DNA of 64,000 nt. Source: an uncultured Methanolobus sp. Its GTDB lineage: Archaea; Halobacteriota; Methanosarcinia; Methanosarcinales; Methanosarcinaceae. The translations under genes were made by a program, and so were the position numbers. Positions 9,675 to 19,319 of this stretch are shown piece by piece (positions within the stretch are counted from its first letter, which is position 1; each line of letters starts with the position of its first letter). The stretch spans positions 1,696,001-1,760,000 of the forward strand of contig OY776215.1 of the NCBI GenBank assembly GCA_963675495.1, read 5' to 3'. A model generated the notes under the pieces. The model worked only from the letters and a program-made list of their open reading frames with translations, did no database searches and had not been told where the DNA came from.

Positions 9675-11609
9675 ATGAGTTACAGCCTTGGCATAGATGC
9701 AGGAGGAACGTACACAGATGCAGTTCTCCTAAGAGATGATGATGAAACCATACTTCAATCCAGCAAAGCATTGACAAGCTACCCTAATCCACTGGAAGGG
9801 ATAAAACAATCTATTGACGGATTAGACCCCATATGTCTCCAAGATGTGAAAGTTGTGTCTGTTTCAACTACACTTTCCACAAACAGCATCCTTGAAGGTA
9901 CCGGCTCCCCCGTTGCCATGATACTTATTGGAAATTATGATATTAAACAAGAACTTCCAACCCAACATTTTTTAAAGGTTAGCGGAGGTCATGACCATAA
10001 TGGTATTGAAACCGATGATCTGGACCTCGAATCTATCAAGGAATTTACATTAAAGGTCAAGGACAAGGTTTCAGCTTTTGCAATATCTTCATACTTTAGT
10101 GTGAGAAATCACGACCATGAACTAAAAGCAAAAGAAATGATAATAGAACTTACAGGCCGTCCTGTAGTCTGCAGCTATGAACTCTCTCAAGATCTCGGAG
10201 CTTTTGAAAGAGCTGTGACAGCATTCCTGAATGCACAATTGATACCTGTAACTGAGAGATTCATGACAACCGTTGAAGCGGAAATAAAATCAAGAGGAAT
10301 TGATGCAAAGATATTCATGCTTAAATGTGATGGATCTGTCATTGGTATCCAGAGTGCCCTCAAAAAACCAATTGAATCCATTTTTTCAGGACCTGCTGGA
10401 AGTCTTGTAGGGGCTTCATTCCTTGCAAAAAGAGAAACATGTGCCGTCATAGATGTAGGAGGTACCAGCACAGATATTTCAGTGATACACAATGGAGTTC
10501 CTGATATGAGTGATTCTGGTGCTGTTGTTGGTGGATGGAAAACCAGGGTCAAAGCCATACGTATGGAAACATCGGCAATGGGAGGAGATAGCCATGTGTG
10601 GGTAAAAGGTAAAGATATCAACATCGGTCCCAGAAGAGTCATCCCTCTGTGCAGAGCTGCTGTACTCTACCCGGATTTCCTTGAACAACTCAAAACAAAT
10701 CCCATCCCTTCAAAGATACGCATGGGTATCAATTATCAGCCGACAAAATTCTACCTGAGAACGGATTATGAGGAACTGGAGGCCAGCAAAGAGGAAAAAG
10801 AAATACTTAATGCTATAAAAAAGAGTCCTACATCAACTACTGAGATATTCAACCGGATAAAAAAATACCCTTCCAGCACCATCTTGGATAGCCTCATACA
10901 GAAAAGACTGTTGCAACCTATAGGTTTCACACTCACTGATGCACTACATGTACTTGGCGAGTACACGGAAAGAAATGTCGAAGCCGCCAATACAGGTGCT
11001 GATATGCTTTCTTCAATTGTAGATATGGATAGGTATGAATTTGCCAGACACATCAAAAAAGAATTTGCAAAAAACATGGCATGTGACCTCATATCATTCT
11101 TCCTTGAAGGAGTGGACAAAAACGAAATAAGGAAGATATTTGATATCCAATCACCTGCAAAGTTCAAAGTAGATGTTCCTATTGTATTAATAGGAGGGCC
11201 TGTAACTGCTTTTGTAGAAGACCTACAAGAAATACTGAATGCAGAAATTATCCTTCCTGAATATTCCAGTGTAGGAAACGCTGCCGGTGCACTAGCTGCA
11301 AAAGGCATCCGAAGATTTGAAGTGCTTATCAGACCTGCTTCAATGGCAGCTCCTGATTGGGAATTCCTTGTGTTCTCTGAAAATGGAAAAAGTAATTTCT
11401 ATGAATATCAGGAAGCTCTTGACTATGCGGTTAGCATGGGGGAGAAGACAGTTCTTAACTATATGAAAGATGCCGGACTTGACTCTAATCACATAAAAAT
11501 AGATGTTAAAAAAGAGGAAATTATTCCATTGGGATGGAAAACACCAATGGAAACAAAGCTTGTAGTGCTTGGGGTTGGTAACAGGAACACTGAACAGGAT
11601 TGTTGTTAA
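9675..11609 (+). CDS. Hydantoinase/oxoprolinase A family (ASKHA ATPase) protein, paralogue 1
   Basis: Motifs LGIDAGGTYTD, FSGPAGS, VIDVGGTSTD, MGGDS, GNAAGA. Confidence 0.9.
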   Translation: MSYSLGIDAGGTYTDAVLLRDDDETILQSSKALTSYPNPLEGIKQSIDGLDPICLQDVKVVSVSTTLSTNSILEGTGSPVAMILIGNYDIKQELPTQHFLKVSGGHDHNGIETDDLDLESIKEFTLKVKDKVSAFAISSYFSVRNHDHELKAKEMIIELTGRPVVCSYELSQDLGAFERAVTAFLNAQLIPVTERFMTTVEAEIKSRGIDAKIFMLKCDGSVIGIQSALKKPIESIFSGPAGSLVGASFLAKRETCAVIDVGGTSTDISVIHNGVPDMSDSGAVVGGWKTRVKAIRMETSAMGGDSHVWVKGKDINIGPRRVIPLCRAAVLYPDFLEQLKTNPIPSKIRMGINYQPTKFYLRTDYEELEASKEEKEILNAIKKSPTSTTEIFNRIKKYPSSTILDSLIQKRLLQPIGFTLTDALHVLGEYTERNVEAANTGADMLSSIVDMDRYEFARHIKKEFAKNMACDLISFFLEGVDKNEIRKIFDIQSPAKFKVDVPIVLIGGPVTAFVEDLQEILNAEIILPEYSSVGNAAGALAAKGIRRFEVLIRPASMAAPDWEFLVFSENGKSNFYEYQEALDYAVSMGEKTVLNYMKDAGLDSNHIKIDVKKEEIIPLGWKTPMETKLVVLGVGNRNTEQDCC

Positions 11610-14176
11610 GAGCCTAACTCCTTTGTAATAGAAGAAATGGCTATGAGGACATCCTGTCCTCCCCAATCACTAATTTTAAACTTTGACTTGACTGGAACAA
11701 GGATTCCTTCCTTACTCACCAGAGGAATCTCACAAGTGGATGATTTACCTGACATTATCTCATCTAGATTTGAAAGAACATCATCTTCCCAGTTTTCAGG
11801 ATAGAGCATCAAAAAATCTTTCATTACAAGGTCTTGTTCAGAATATTTCAGATTTTGGACCAAAGCTTCATTTACATGAAGGACTCTCCCCTCGATATCC
11901 ATAATAAATACAATCTCATCAAGGGCGTCAAGCAGGGAATTAAGATTATTTTTGCTTTTCTGGGAACCTGGATCACTTTTCATTCTGGAGATCATGATTC
12001 CTACCTGATTTGCAACTGTTTCTATAAGATTCCTTGAATTTGCCGGTATCTCAAGTTCGGTATGCGAACCAAGGACAATAGCAGCAACCATTTTGTCATT
12101 AAATTTAACAGGTATGAATGCCATTGCCTGTAGCCCTTCAGAATCACGGCCCTCGCCATGCACCATCGTGTTGATCTCAGCGAAATATTTGTATACCGGA
12201 TAACCTGTGGTGAAAAGACGTGCTATTAGTGTGTTCGAACCGAAATGAGATACTGAAGCCACAAATTTTTCAGAAAGATTTCGATAAGCAGCTGCATTGA
12301 AATCACCAGTTACCTGGTCAATCATATAAATGATACCGGAATCTATTGCTTTTGCCTCTAGTGTAAAATCAAGCAGCTTCTCAAATGTTTCCTCAAGACC
12401 TGCGGTTTCCCCCAGAACATTGTCAAGATCACACTCGATACGCATGAAATTATTGGCATGCTTGCGTTCAGTTATATCGACAATAATACCCTGAAGGTAA
12501 TCCACAATACCATTCTCATCGTAGTGAAGCACAGTCCTTTCGTCAACCCATCTCACTTCACCTGCTTTTGTCAATATCCTGTATTCCTGGCTGAAATCAG
12601 AAAAACCTTCCCTTGAAGCTCTTTCTACTTCCGTTCTCACACTTTGAAGGTCAGAAGGATGAATAATATCACCATAAATAATCTTGCCTGAAATAAAATC
12701 TGAAACATCATAGCCAAATTGCTCTATGTTCTCAGAAACAAATTCCACAGGCCAATCCTGTTCAGGCTTCCAGAGAAATACTATTGCAGGGCTTGAACTC
12801 ATGATGGATTCAAGCATCCGACGCATCCTGAGTGCTTCAGAAAGAACATCCTTTGTTTTCTTGTATTGCACAAGTTTCCACATACCTTCCATTAGGAGGG
12901 TTAACTGGCGGGCATCGGATTCATCATAATCCAATATTTTGTTAGCTATCCCGGCAACTGCAACTACCTGATCATTTTCAAATACAGGAATCGTTATGTG
13001 GCGAAAGATTTTTTCATTTATTCCTGGATATATATCATTAACATGTTCGGAATCATAATCCTTATTGACTATAACAGCTTTGCGTTCACGTATAGCTTCG
13101 CCCCAAAAACCTGTAGATCTTACAGGATGCATAAAGGGTTCTTCACCTAAATAAGAATTAAGATCGCTAGGCCACTGATATGTTTCAAGCATATTCTTAT
13201 CTTCATTCAAAAATTCAAGATAACCTATTTTGCTATTGGTAAGCTCTGCAGCATTCTGGATGGCATACTCAGCAATCTCATTCAACGGGGAATCCTGCAT
13301 CTGATGTAGTTTCAAAAGAGCTTCAAGGCGCATCTCATTCAGATGTATGGTTTCCTGGGCTTTTTTGCTGGATGCAACATCTTCCATTATTCCAATGCCC
13401 CCCAACAAAGACCCATCGTCATCCATCACAGGAGAAAAACTTGCTTTGATCATCATTACTTTCCCACTTATACTGGAAACATACTCACCTTCATAGTAGC
13501 TAGGATTTCCCAGGAAAACAACATCGATAGCACTTCGCAAATTTTCATCATTTAACGATGAAAGAACATTGAAACCAATTATCTTCTCCGCAGGTGCACC
13601 AATTACATCCGAACAGCTCTTATTACAGTGGGTAATAATGCCATTTTCGTCAAAATAGAGGAGACCCACAGGAGACCTTTCAATTATTATCTGATATTTT
13701 TGTCCGGTTTCCAGCAGTTGCCTCTCAGTTTTCTCAAGCTCTGTATTATCAATAAGTATACCCTGGAAATGAGTGATGTTTCCTCCTGCATCCCTATTTA
13801 TAAATGACCTTTCGGTCACCCAGCGAACTTCACCTGATTTTGTCAGTATGCGGTAATTAAGAGAAAAATAAGAGGTGTTCTTTTTCTCAGAATGTTTCTT
13901 CACCTCTAGAAGGATCCTGTCAATATCATCAGGATGGACAATATCACCATAAACCAACTTCCCTGTTGTGAAATCTTCAGGCGTATATCCTAGTCGAGTA
14001 ATGTTTCCAGATATAGATTCAACGGGCCATTTACCTTCTGCATTCCAAAGAAAAGAGATAACCGGACTACTATTGTAAACAGCTTCCAGTTTTTTGTCAA
14101 CAGGATCAAGAGCAGACAACTTTGCCCCATACGTTTTATTTTTACCCGAATCTTTAACAACTGAAATATTAATCAC
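11606..14176 (-). CDS. Cytoplasmic multi-PAS/GAF sensor protein with no kinase output domain
   Basis: PAS signatures (WPVEFVSEN, IHPSD, YRILTKAGEVRWV, GIIVDITERK) and GAF segments (VAGIANKILDYDESD). No H-box or HATPase motifs. Start position uncertain. Confidence 0.85.
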   Translation of the reverse strand: MINISVVKDSGKNKTYGAKLSALDPVDKKLEAVYNSSPVISFLWNAEGKWPVESISGNITRLGYTPEDFTTGKLVYGDIVHPDDIDRILLEVKKHSEKKNTSYFSLNYRILTKSGEVRWVTERSFINRDAGGNITHFQGILIDNTELEKTERQLLETGQKYQIIIERSPVGLLYFDENGIITHCNKSCSDVIGAPAEKIIGFNVLSSLNDENLRSAIDVVFLGNPSYYEGEYVSSISGKVMMIKASFSPVMDDDGSLLGGIGIMEDVASSKKAQETIHLNEMRLEALLKLHQMQDSPLNEIAEYAIQNAAELTNSKIGYLEFLNEDKNMLETYQWPSDLNSYLGEEPFMHPVRSTGFWGEAIRERKAVIVNKDYDSEHVNDIYPGINEKIFRHITIPVFENDQVVAVAGIANKILDYDESDARQLTLLMEGMWKLVQYKKTKDVLSEALRMRRMLESIMSSSPAIVFLWKPEQDWPVEFVSENIEQFGYDVSDFISGKIIYGDIIHPSDLQSVRTEVERASREGFSDFSQEYRILTKAGEVRWVDERTVLHYDENGIVDYLQGIIVDITERKHANNFMRIECDLDNVLGETAGLEETFEKLLDFTLEAKAIDSGIIYMIDQVTGDFNAAAYRNLSEKFVASVSHFGSNTLIARLFTTGYPVYKYFAEINTMVHGEGRDSEGLQAMAFIPVKFNDKMVAAIVLGSHTELEIPANSRNLIETVANQVGIMISRMKSDPGSQKSKNNLNSLLDALDEIVFIMDIEGRVLHVNEALVQNLKYSEQDLVMKDFLMLYPENWEDDVLSNLDEIMSGKSSTCEIPLVSKEGILVPVKSKFKISDWGGQDVLIAISSITKELGS

Positions 14177-14941
14177 TTCCTAAATAGAATCAATAAATTT
14201 GAATAACTTTTTTAATGGAATAAAATTCATAATCTTGTGTAACTTGCTCTAATGTTAGTTATTATTCATATTTTATCATGGGAATCTTGTATTGGTATAT
14301 AATAATACCGGCGAGAGTTTTTAATCAATGGTACATAAGAGTTGTGATTAAAGACAAAAAATGCAACTATTCACTAAAAAAAAGACATATAATGCTTATT
14401 TTCAAATGAAAGTTCATGCACCTACTCACAAAATATATATGCACATTGCTTTAGTTTCAATCCTGAACAAAGCCACACCCAATTTATTAAGTTGTTTTTT
14501 TATGCATATATATCTTTCTTCTTAATTTTAACAACAATGTGTCAGATGAGTAAAGCTATAAACAGCAGCATCAGGTACATTCGTGCTATAAATGAGGTAA
14601 TATACAGGCATATTGTGATGCAAAAATATAAATAGGAGATGTACCATAATAGAAAATAGAGATTAAACAAGTTGCCTTGATTTAAATTGGGTCTATATCC
14701 TGGCAGATAATCTCTGTAGAAATTCTACCTCTTTCAATTGCTCCTTTGTTTTACCTCCACTAAAACAGAAAGGAGCAAATATTTCTACAAACCAATCCGT
14801 TTTTTGAGGGTTATAAATGACTTTATCAAAAACAAGATGTATTGAAATTTTTAGTTTTATGGGTACCCTACCCTTAAAGACCACATCTACTGTTTTCAAG
14901 AATAATATCCTAAATGCTGAAAGTTCCCTGGAGGGTCTCTG

Positions 14942-16897
14942 ATGCATTACAGTCTTGGAATAGATGCCGGAGGCACCTATACTGATGTTGCGATAATCAG
15001 GGATTCAGATGGGAGCATAGTAAAATCCAACAAATCGCTTACAACTTATCCCGACCTGTTAATAGGTATCAGGAACACTTTGGATCAACTGGACCCTCAC
15101 TATCTTGAAAACGTTCACTATGTATCAGTATCAACTACTCTGGCAACTAACAGCGTTCTGGAGAAAACTGGTTATCCAGTAGGGCTAATCCTTGTTAACG
15201 ATGCAGACATTCCAAACAGAGCAAAGATAGAGAATTTTGTTCTTGTAAAAGGAGGGCACAATAGTGCAGGAAATGAAGTATGCCCCCTTGATATAGATTC
15301 TGTACGGAACTTCGTTCTCAGGATCAAAAATAAAGTTTCTGCTTTTGCAATATCATCATATTTCAGCGTGCGCAATCCTGAACACGAATTGAAGATAAAG
15401 GAACTAATAACCGAACTTACAGGTCTTCCGGTAGTTTGCGGACATGAACTGTCACAGGACCTTGGAGCATACGAAAGAGGTATCACAGCCTACTTGAATG
15501 CTCAATTGATCCCCATAGCCAGCCAGTTCATGGAATCAGTCACTTCTGAGATAAAAAGAAGGAATATAAACGCAAAAATAATGATGCTCAAGTGTGATGG
15601 CTCTGTGGTCGCTATAAATGAAGCCTTGAAAAAACCGATAGAATCAGTGTTTTCAGGACCTGCAGCAAGTCTTGTGGGAGCAGCATATCTTTCAGGAAAT
15701 GAAGATTGCGCCGTCATAGATGTGGGTGGAACAAGTACAGACGTTTCACTGATACATCGTGGAATACCACAACTTAGTGAAGCAGGTGCTGTTGTCGGGG
15801 GCTGGCAGACGAAGGTCAAAGCAATACGTATGGAAACATCTGCAATGGGTGGGGACAGTCATGTGTGGGTGAGGAACCACGTCATCAACATTGGCCCAAG
15901 AAGGGTTATACCACTATGCTTAGCTGCTGTGGAATATCCCGAGATCGTTGAAAAGCTCAAACAAAATCAGGTAATCTTACGTAACCAGATAGGTGAGAAC
16001 CTGCAACCTACTAAGTTCTTCATCAGGTCAGGACTTGAAGCTTCAGATATCAGTTCTGCAGAAGAAGAATTACTATCAAGGATTGGAGATAGGCCACTAA
16101 CTGTCAGTGAAATATACTGGAATGAGAACAGGCTTCCAAATCCAGGAACACTTGACCTGTTGATACAAAAAAGGCTTATCAAGACCATCGGATTTACTCC
16201 CACCGATGCCCTGCATGTTCTTCAAGAATATACGCAGTGGAACAAAGAGGCATCTTTACTTGGAGCAAGTATACTGGCTGCACTTGCCGGAATTGATGAA
16301 GACGAGCTTTGCCTCCAAATAAAAAATGATGTAGCCAGGAATATGGCATTGAATTTAGTATCTTTTTTACTTGAGGGCATAAGTAAAGAAGAGATAGAAA
16401 AGGTCCTTATGGGCAAATTCTTTGCGAGGTTTAAGTCGGAACTGCCTGTTGTTCTGCTTGGGGGACCTGTCGGTGCCTATTCAAAAGAGCTCGCCAGATT
16501 CGTAGATGCACAAATACTTGTACCAGATAATTGTAGTGTGGGAAATGCCGTCGGTGCGGTTGCAGGAAAAGGCTCCAAAAAACTGGAAGTCCTTATAAAA
16601 GCAAATTATACAGAATCAAAATATAATCTGAAAACATCATCTTTTGTAATTTTTTACCCTGGAGGAAGGGAAGAGGTCTCATCGTACCACGAAGCCCTGG
16701 AATTTGGAGAAGAGATCGGACCTAAACTCATTATGAAGTACATGACCGATTCAGGAATGGACAGCGATGGAGTAAACATTGATATGCATCGGAATGATAT
16801 TATTATACACGATGGGGGACTTCCTGTGGAAACAAGACTCAGTTTTTCGGGTACAGGTCAGGCAAGGAAGAATAGGGCAACAATGGAGGTAGATTAA
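14942..16897 (+). CDS. Hydantoinase/oxoprolinase A family protein, paralogue 2
   Basis: Same motifs as 9675..11609; GGAGG SD. Confidence 0.9.
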   Translation: MHYSLGIDAGGTYTDVAIIRDSDGSIVKSNKSLTTYPDLLIGIRNTLDQLDPHYLENVHYVSVSTTLATNSVLEKTGYPVGLILVNDADIPNRAKIENFVLVKGGHNSAGNEVCPLDIDSVRNFVLRIKNKVSAFAISSYFSVRNPEHELKIKELITELTGLPVVCGHELSQDLGAYERGITAYLNAQLIPIASQFMESVTSEIKRRNINAKIMMLKCDGSVVAINEALKKPIESVFSGPAASLVGAAYLSGNEDCAVIDVGGTSTDVSLIHRGIPQLSEAGAVVGGWQTKVKAIRMETSAMGGDSHVWVRNHVINIGPRRVIPLCLAAVEYPEIVEKLKQNQVILRNQIGENLQPTKFFIRSGLEASDISSAEEELLSRIGDRPLTVSEIYWNENRLPNPGTLDLLIQKRLIKTIGFTPTDALHVLQEYTQWNKEASLLGASILAALAGIDEDELCLQIKNDVARNMALNLVSFLLEGISKEEIEKVLMGKFFARFKSELPVVLLGGPVGAYSKELARFVDAQILVPDNCSVGNAVGAVAGKGSKKLEVLIKANYTESKYNLKTSSFVIFYPGGREEVSSYHEALEFGEEIGPKLIMKYMTDSGMDSDGVNIDMHRNDIIIHDGGLPVETRLSFSGTGQARKNRATMEVD

Positions 16898-18823
16898 ATG
16901 CAATATAGTCTAGGAATCGATGCAGGAGGAACTTATACTGATGCGGTGATAATAAGGAATGAAGACAGAAAAGTTATCGACTCGAACAAGGCACTCACAA
17001 CCTATCCTGATCTGCTGACCGGTATAGAGAATGCTATGGACGGACTGGACAACAAATACCTGAGTGACATTAAACTTGTATCAGTATCCACAACTCTTGC
17101 CACCAATACAATACTTGAGAAAACAGGGTATCCTGTAGCTCTCATCCTTATAGGAAAACACACCCTGCCTGCAAATATGCCTATCACTGACTACGTTGTA
17201 GTAAACGGAGGACACAATGTAGTAGGAACCGAAGACGAAGTGCTTGATATTGAAACTGTAAAAGAATATGCCCTGAAAATGAAAGACAGAGTGTCCGCAT
17301 TTGCTATTTCCTCATATTTCAGTATCCGAAACCCTGAACATGAACTGAAAGTAAAGAACCTTCTTAATGAGCTGACAGGACTCCCGATAGTCTGCGGTCA
17401 TGAGCTGTCGCAAGATCTTGGAGCCTATGAAAGGGGTGTTACTGCATACCTTAATGCACAACTTCTCCCCATAGCGGACCAGTTCATAAATGCTATTATT
17501 ACCGATATTGAAAAAAGAGGGATCGATGCAAAACTAATGATGCTCAAATGTGATGGCTCTGTCATCGGAATCCATGAAGCCATGGAAAGACCAATAGAAT
17601 CAATATTTTCCGGGCCTGCTGCCAGTCTCATGGGTGCATCCTTCCTCTCTAAAAATGATACATGTGCTGTTATTGATGTAGGTGGAACAAGCACCGACGT
17701 TTCACTAAATCACAACGGTCTGCCAGAACTTGTTGATACTGGAGCCGTGGTAGGTGGATGGCATACAAAGGTCAAAGCCATACGTATGGAAACTTCCGCA
17801 ATGGGTGGAGATAGCCACATATGGATAAAGAACCGCAATATCAATATCGGGCCTCGAAGGGTGATACCACTTTGCCTTGCTGCTGTAAAATATCCCGGGT
17901 TCATGGAACAACTCAAATCAGGTAGAACACCTTCAAGGGTTCCACTTGCAGAGAATATCCAGCCCACAAAGTTCTTTGTAAGAACAGGAAAGGAAGCACC
18001 AAAACTTAGTGAATTTGAAAAAAAGCTTCTTGGAACAATTGGCGCAGAACCCGTTTCAATTAATGATATCTTCTGGAATATGAAAACTCCGGTATCTGCA
18101 GACCAGATAGATGCATTGATACAGAAAAGACTTGTCCAGGCCATCGGATTTACCCCCACCGATGTACTGCATGTGCTTGGAGAGTACACAGTATGGAACC
18201 GTGAAGCTTCACTTACAGGTGCAAAGATACTTGCAAGGCTTACATCCATGGATGAAAATGAGCTTTGTGTCCACATCAAAAAAGAAGTAGCTATCAACAT
18301 GGCGCTGGACCTTATGAGTTTCATGTTCAAAGGTGTTGAAAAATCTGAGATCGAGAAAATAATCCGTGGTGAGTTCTTCTCACAGTTCAAAGTGAATGTA
18401 CCGGTGATCTTACTTGGAGGACCTGTTCATGCCTATGTTGAAGAGCTCAACAAGCTGATAGATGCAACTATTATAGTTCCCGAACATGCAGATGTGGGAA
18501 ATGCAGTTGGAGCACTTGTTGGAAAAGGTGTCAAAACCGTAGATGTACTTATTAAGGCATTCTACCAGAAAACGAAGAGGACTATTCTAGTATTCTCTCC
18601 AATGGAAAGAAAGGAGTTCTCACTTTACTCAGAAGCTCTGGAATACGCAACGCAGCGTGGGGAGAAACTAATACACGAATATATGGAAAACTCGGGTATC
18701 AAATCAGAAGACGTAAATATCGAAATCAAGAGAGAAGACATCACAATGATGGAAGAGGGCGGAGCTCCTGTTGAAACAAAGCTCGTGTTCCTTGGAACAG
18801 GAATTCCACAAACGGAAAAATGA
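16898..18823 (+). CDS. Hydantoinase/oxoprolinase A family protein, paralogue 3
   Basis: Same motifs; its ATG directly follows the TAA of paralogue 2. Confidence 0.9.
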   Translation: MQYSLGIDAGGTYTDAVIIRNEDRKVIDSNKALTTYPDLLTGIENAMDGLDNKYLSDIKLVSVSTTLATNTILEKTGYPVALILIGKHTLPANMPITDYVVVNGGHNVVGTEDEVLDIETVKEYALKMKDRVSAFAISSYFSIRNPEHELKVKNLLNELTGLPIVCGHELSQDLGAYERGVTAYLNAQLLPIADQFINAIITDIEKRGIDAKLMMLKCDGSVIGIHEAMERPIESIFSGPAASLMGASFLSKNDTCAVIDVGGTSTDVSLNHNGLPELVDTGAVVGGWHTKVKAIRMETSAMGGDSHIWIKNRNINIGPRRVIPLCLAAVKYPGFMEQLKSGRTPSRVPLAENIQPTKFFVRTGKEAPKLSEFEKKLLGTIGAEPVSINDIFWNMKTPVSADQIDALIQKRLVQAIGFTPTDVLHVLGEYTVWNREASLTGAKILARLTSMDENELCVHIKKEVAINMALDLMSFMFKGVEKSEIEKIIRGEFFSQFKVNVPVILLGGPVHAYVEELNKLIDATIIVPEHADVGNAVGALVGKGVKTVDVLIKAFYQKTKRTILVFSPMERKEFSLYSEALEYATQRGEKLIHEYMENSGIKSEDVNIEIKREDITMMEEGGAPVETKLVFLGTGIPQTEK

Positions 18824-18940
18824 AAATACATCAACTTTCATTTTTCCTTTACTATATAATTTGCGTTTAAATGAATGATAAAAATTTATTAAACGGCACC
18901 AAGCAATAAATATCGTATTTTGCACATGCTGGTGTGCGTA

Positions 18941-18951
18941 ATATATAAATA
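18941..18951 (+). promoter_or_regulatory. Putative TATA box of pylT
   Basis: ATATATAAATA about 46 nt upstream of the tRNA, preceded by a GCACA-N6-TGTGC inverted repeat. Confidence 0.5.
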
Positions 18952-18996
18952 GTATTAATTAACATATGGAAGTGGGTTCAAAACTGCAATCATCAT

Positions 18997-19068
18997 GGAA
19001 ATCAGATCAGGTTGATCGAATGGACTCTAAATCCGTTCAGTCGGGTTAAATTCCCGGGGTTTCCGCCA
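18997..19068 (+). tRNA. pylT: tRNA-Pyl (anticodon CUA)
   Basis: 72 nt GGAAATCAGATCAGGTTGATCGAATGGACTCTAAATCCGTTCAGTCGGGTTAAATTCCCGGGGTTTCCGCCA. CTA at 19027-19029, 6-bp anticodon stem, 3-nt variable loop, encoded CCA. Confidence 0.97.
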
Positions 19069-19075
19069 ATCTGTG

Positions 19076-19113
19076 TTTCATTGTGTGAGAAATCACATAA
19101 TGACGAAATCTTT
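19076..19113 (+). terminator. Hairpin plus T-tract after pylT; imperfect second copy at 20688-20725
   Basis: tcattgtgtga-gaaa-tcacataatga followed by T-rich sequence; 32/38 match to the second copy. Confidence 0.6.
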
Positions 19114-19254
19114 TTTGTTTTCTTTTAATTCCTTATCTTAGATGTTAATTGAATCAACTAAGTCTTAGCACTCATAAATGAATATGATATTTCATTGAAC
19201 TTTTTCAGATACAGTTCTCCACATAAAAACTGAGTGACAAGAGAAATAAAAACA

Positions 19255-19301
19255 TTCTCCGGGAGAAGGCACAATTCATCAGAAGGATTCAGCCCGGAGA
19301 A
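19255..19301. repeat. TCTCCGGG...CCCGGAGA long-loop inverted repeat; further copies at 20807-20853 and 31449-31498
   Basis: Same stem arms and related loop sequence (gaaggatt) at three minus-strand gene 3' ends. Confidence 0.6.
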
Positions 19302-19319
19302 ATAAATGACTTTTTTGTA

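Noticed and set aside
14177-14230. Possible Pyl-containing N-terminal extension of the PAS/GAF sensor (ATG 14230, in-frame TAG 14180-14182)
   Set aside because: The extension is short, AT-rich and has no SD or recognisable domain; likely chance.
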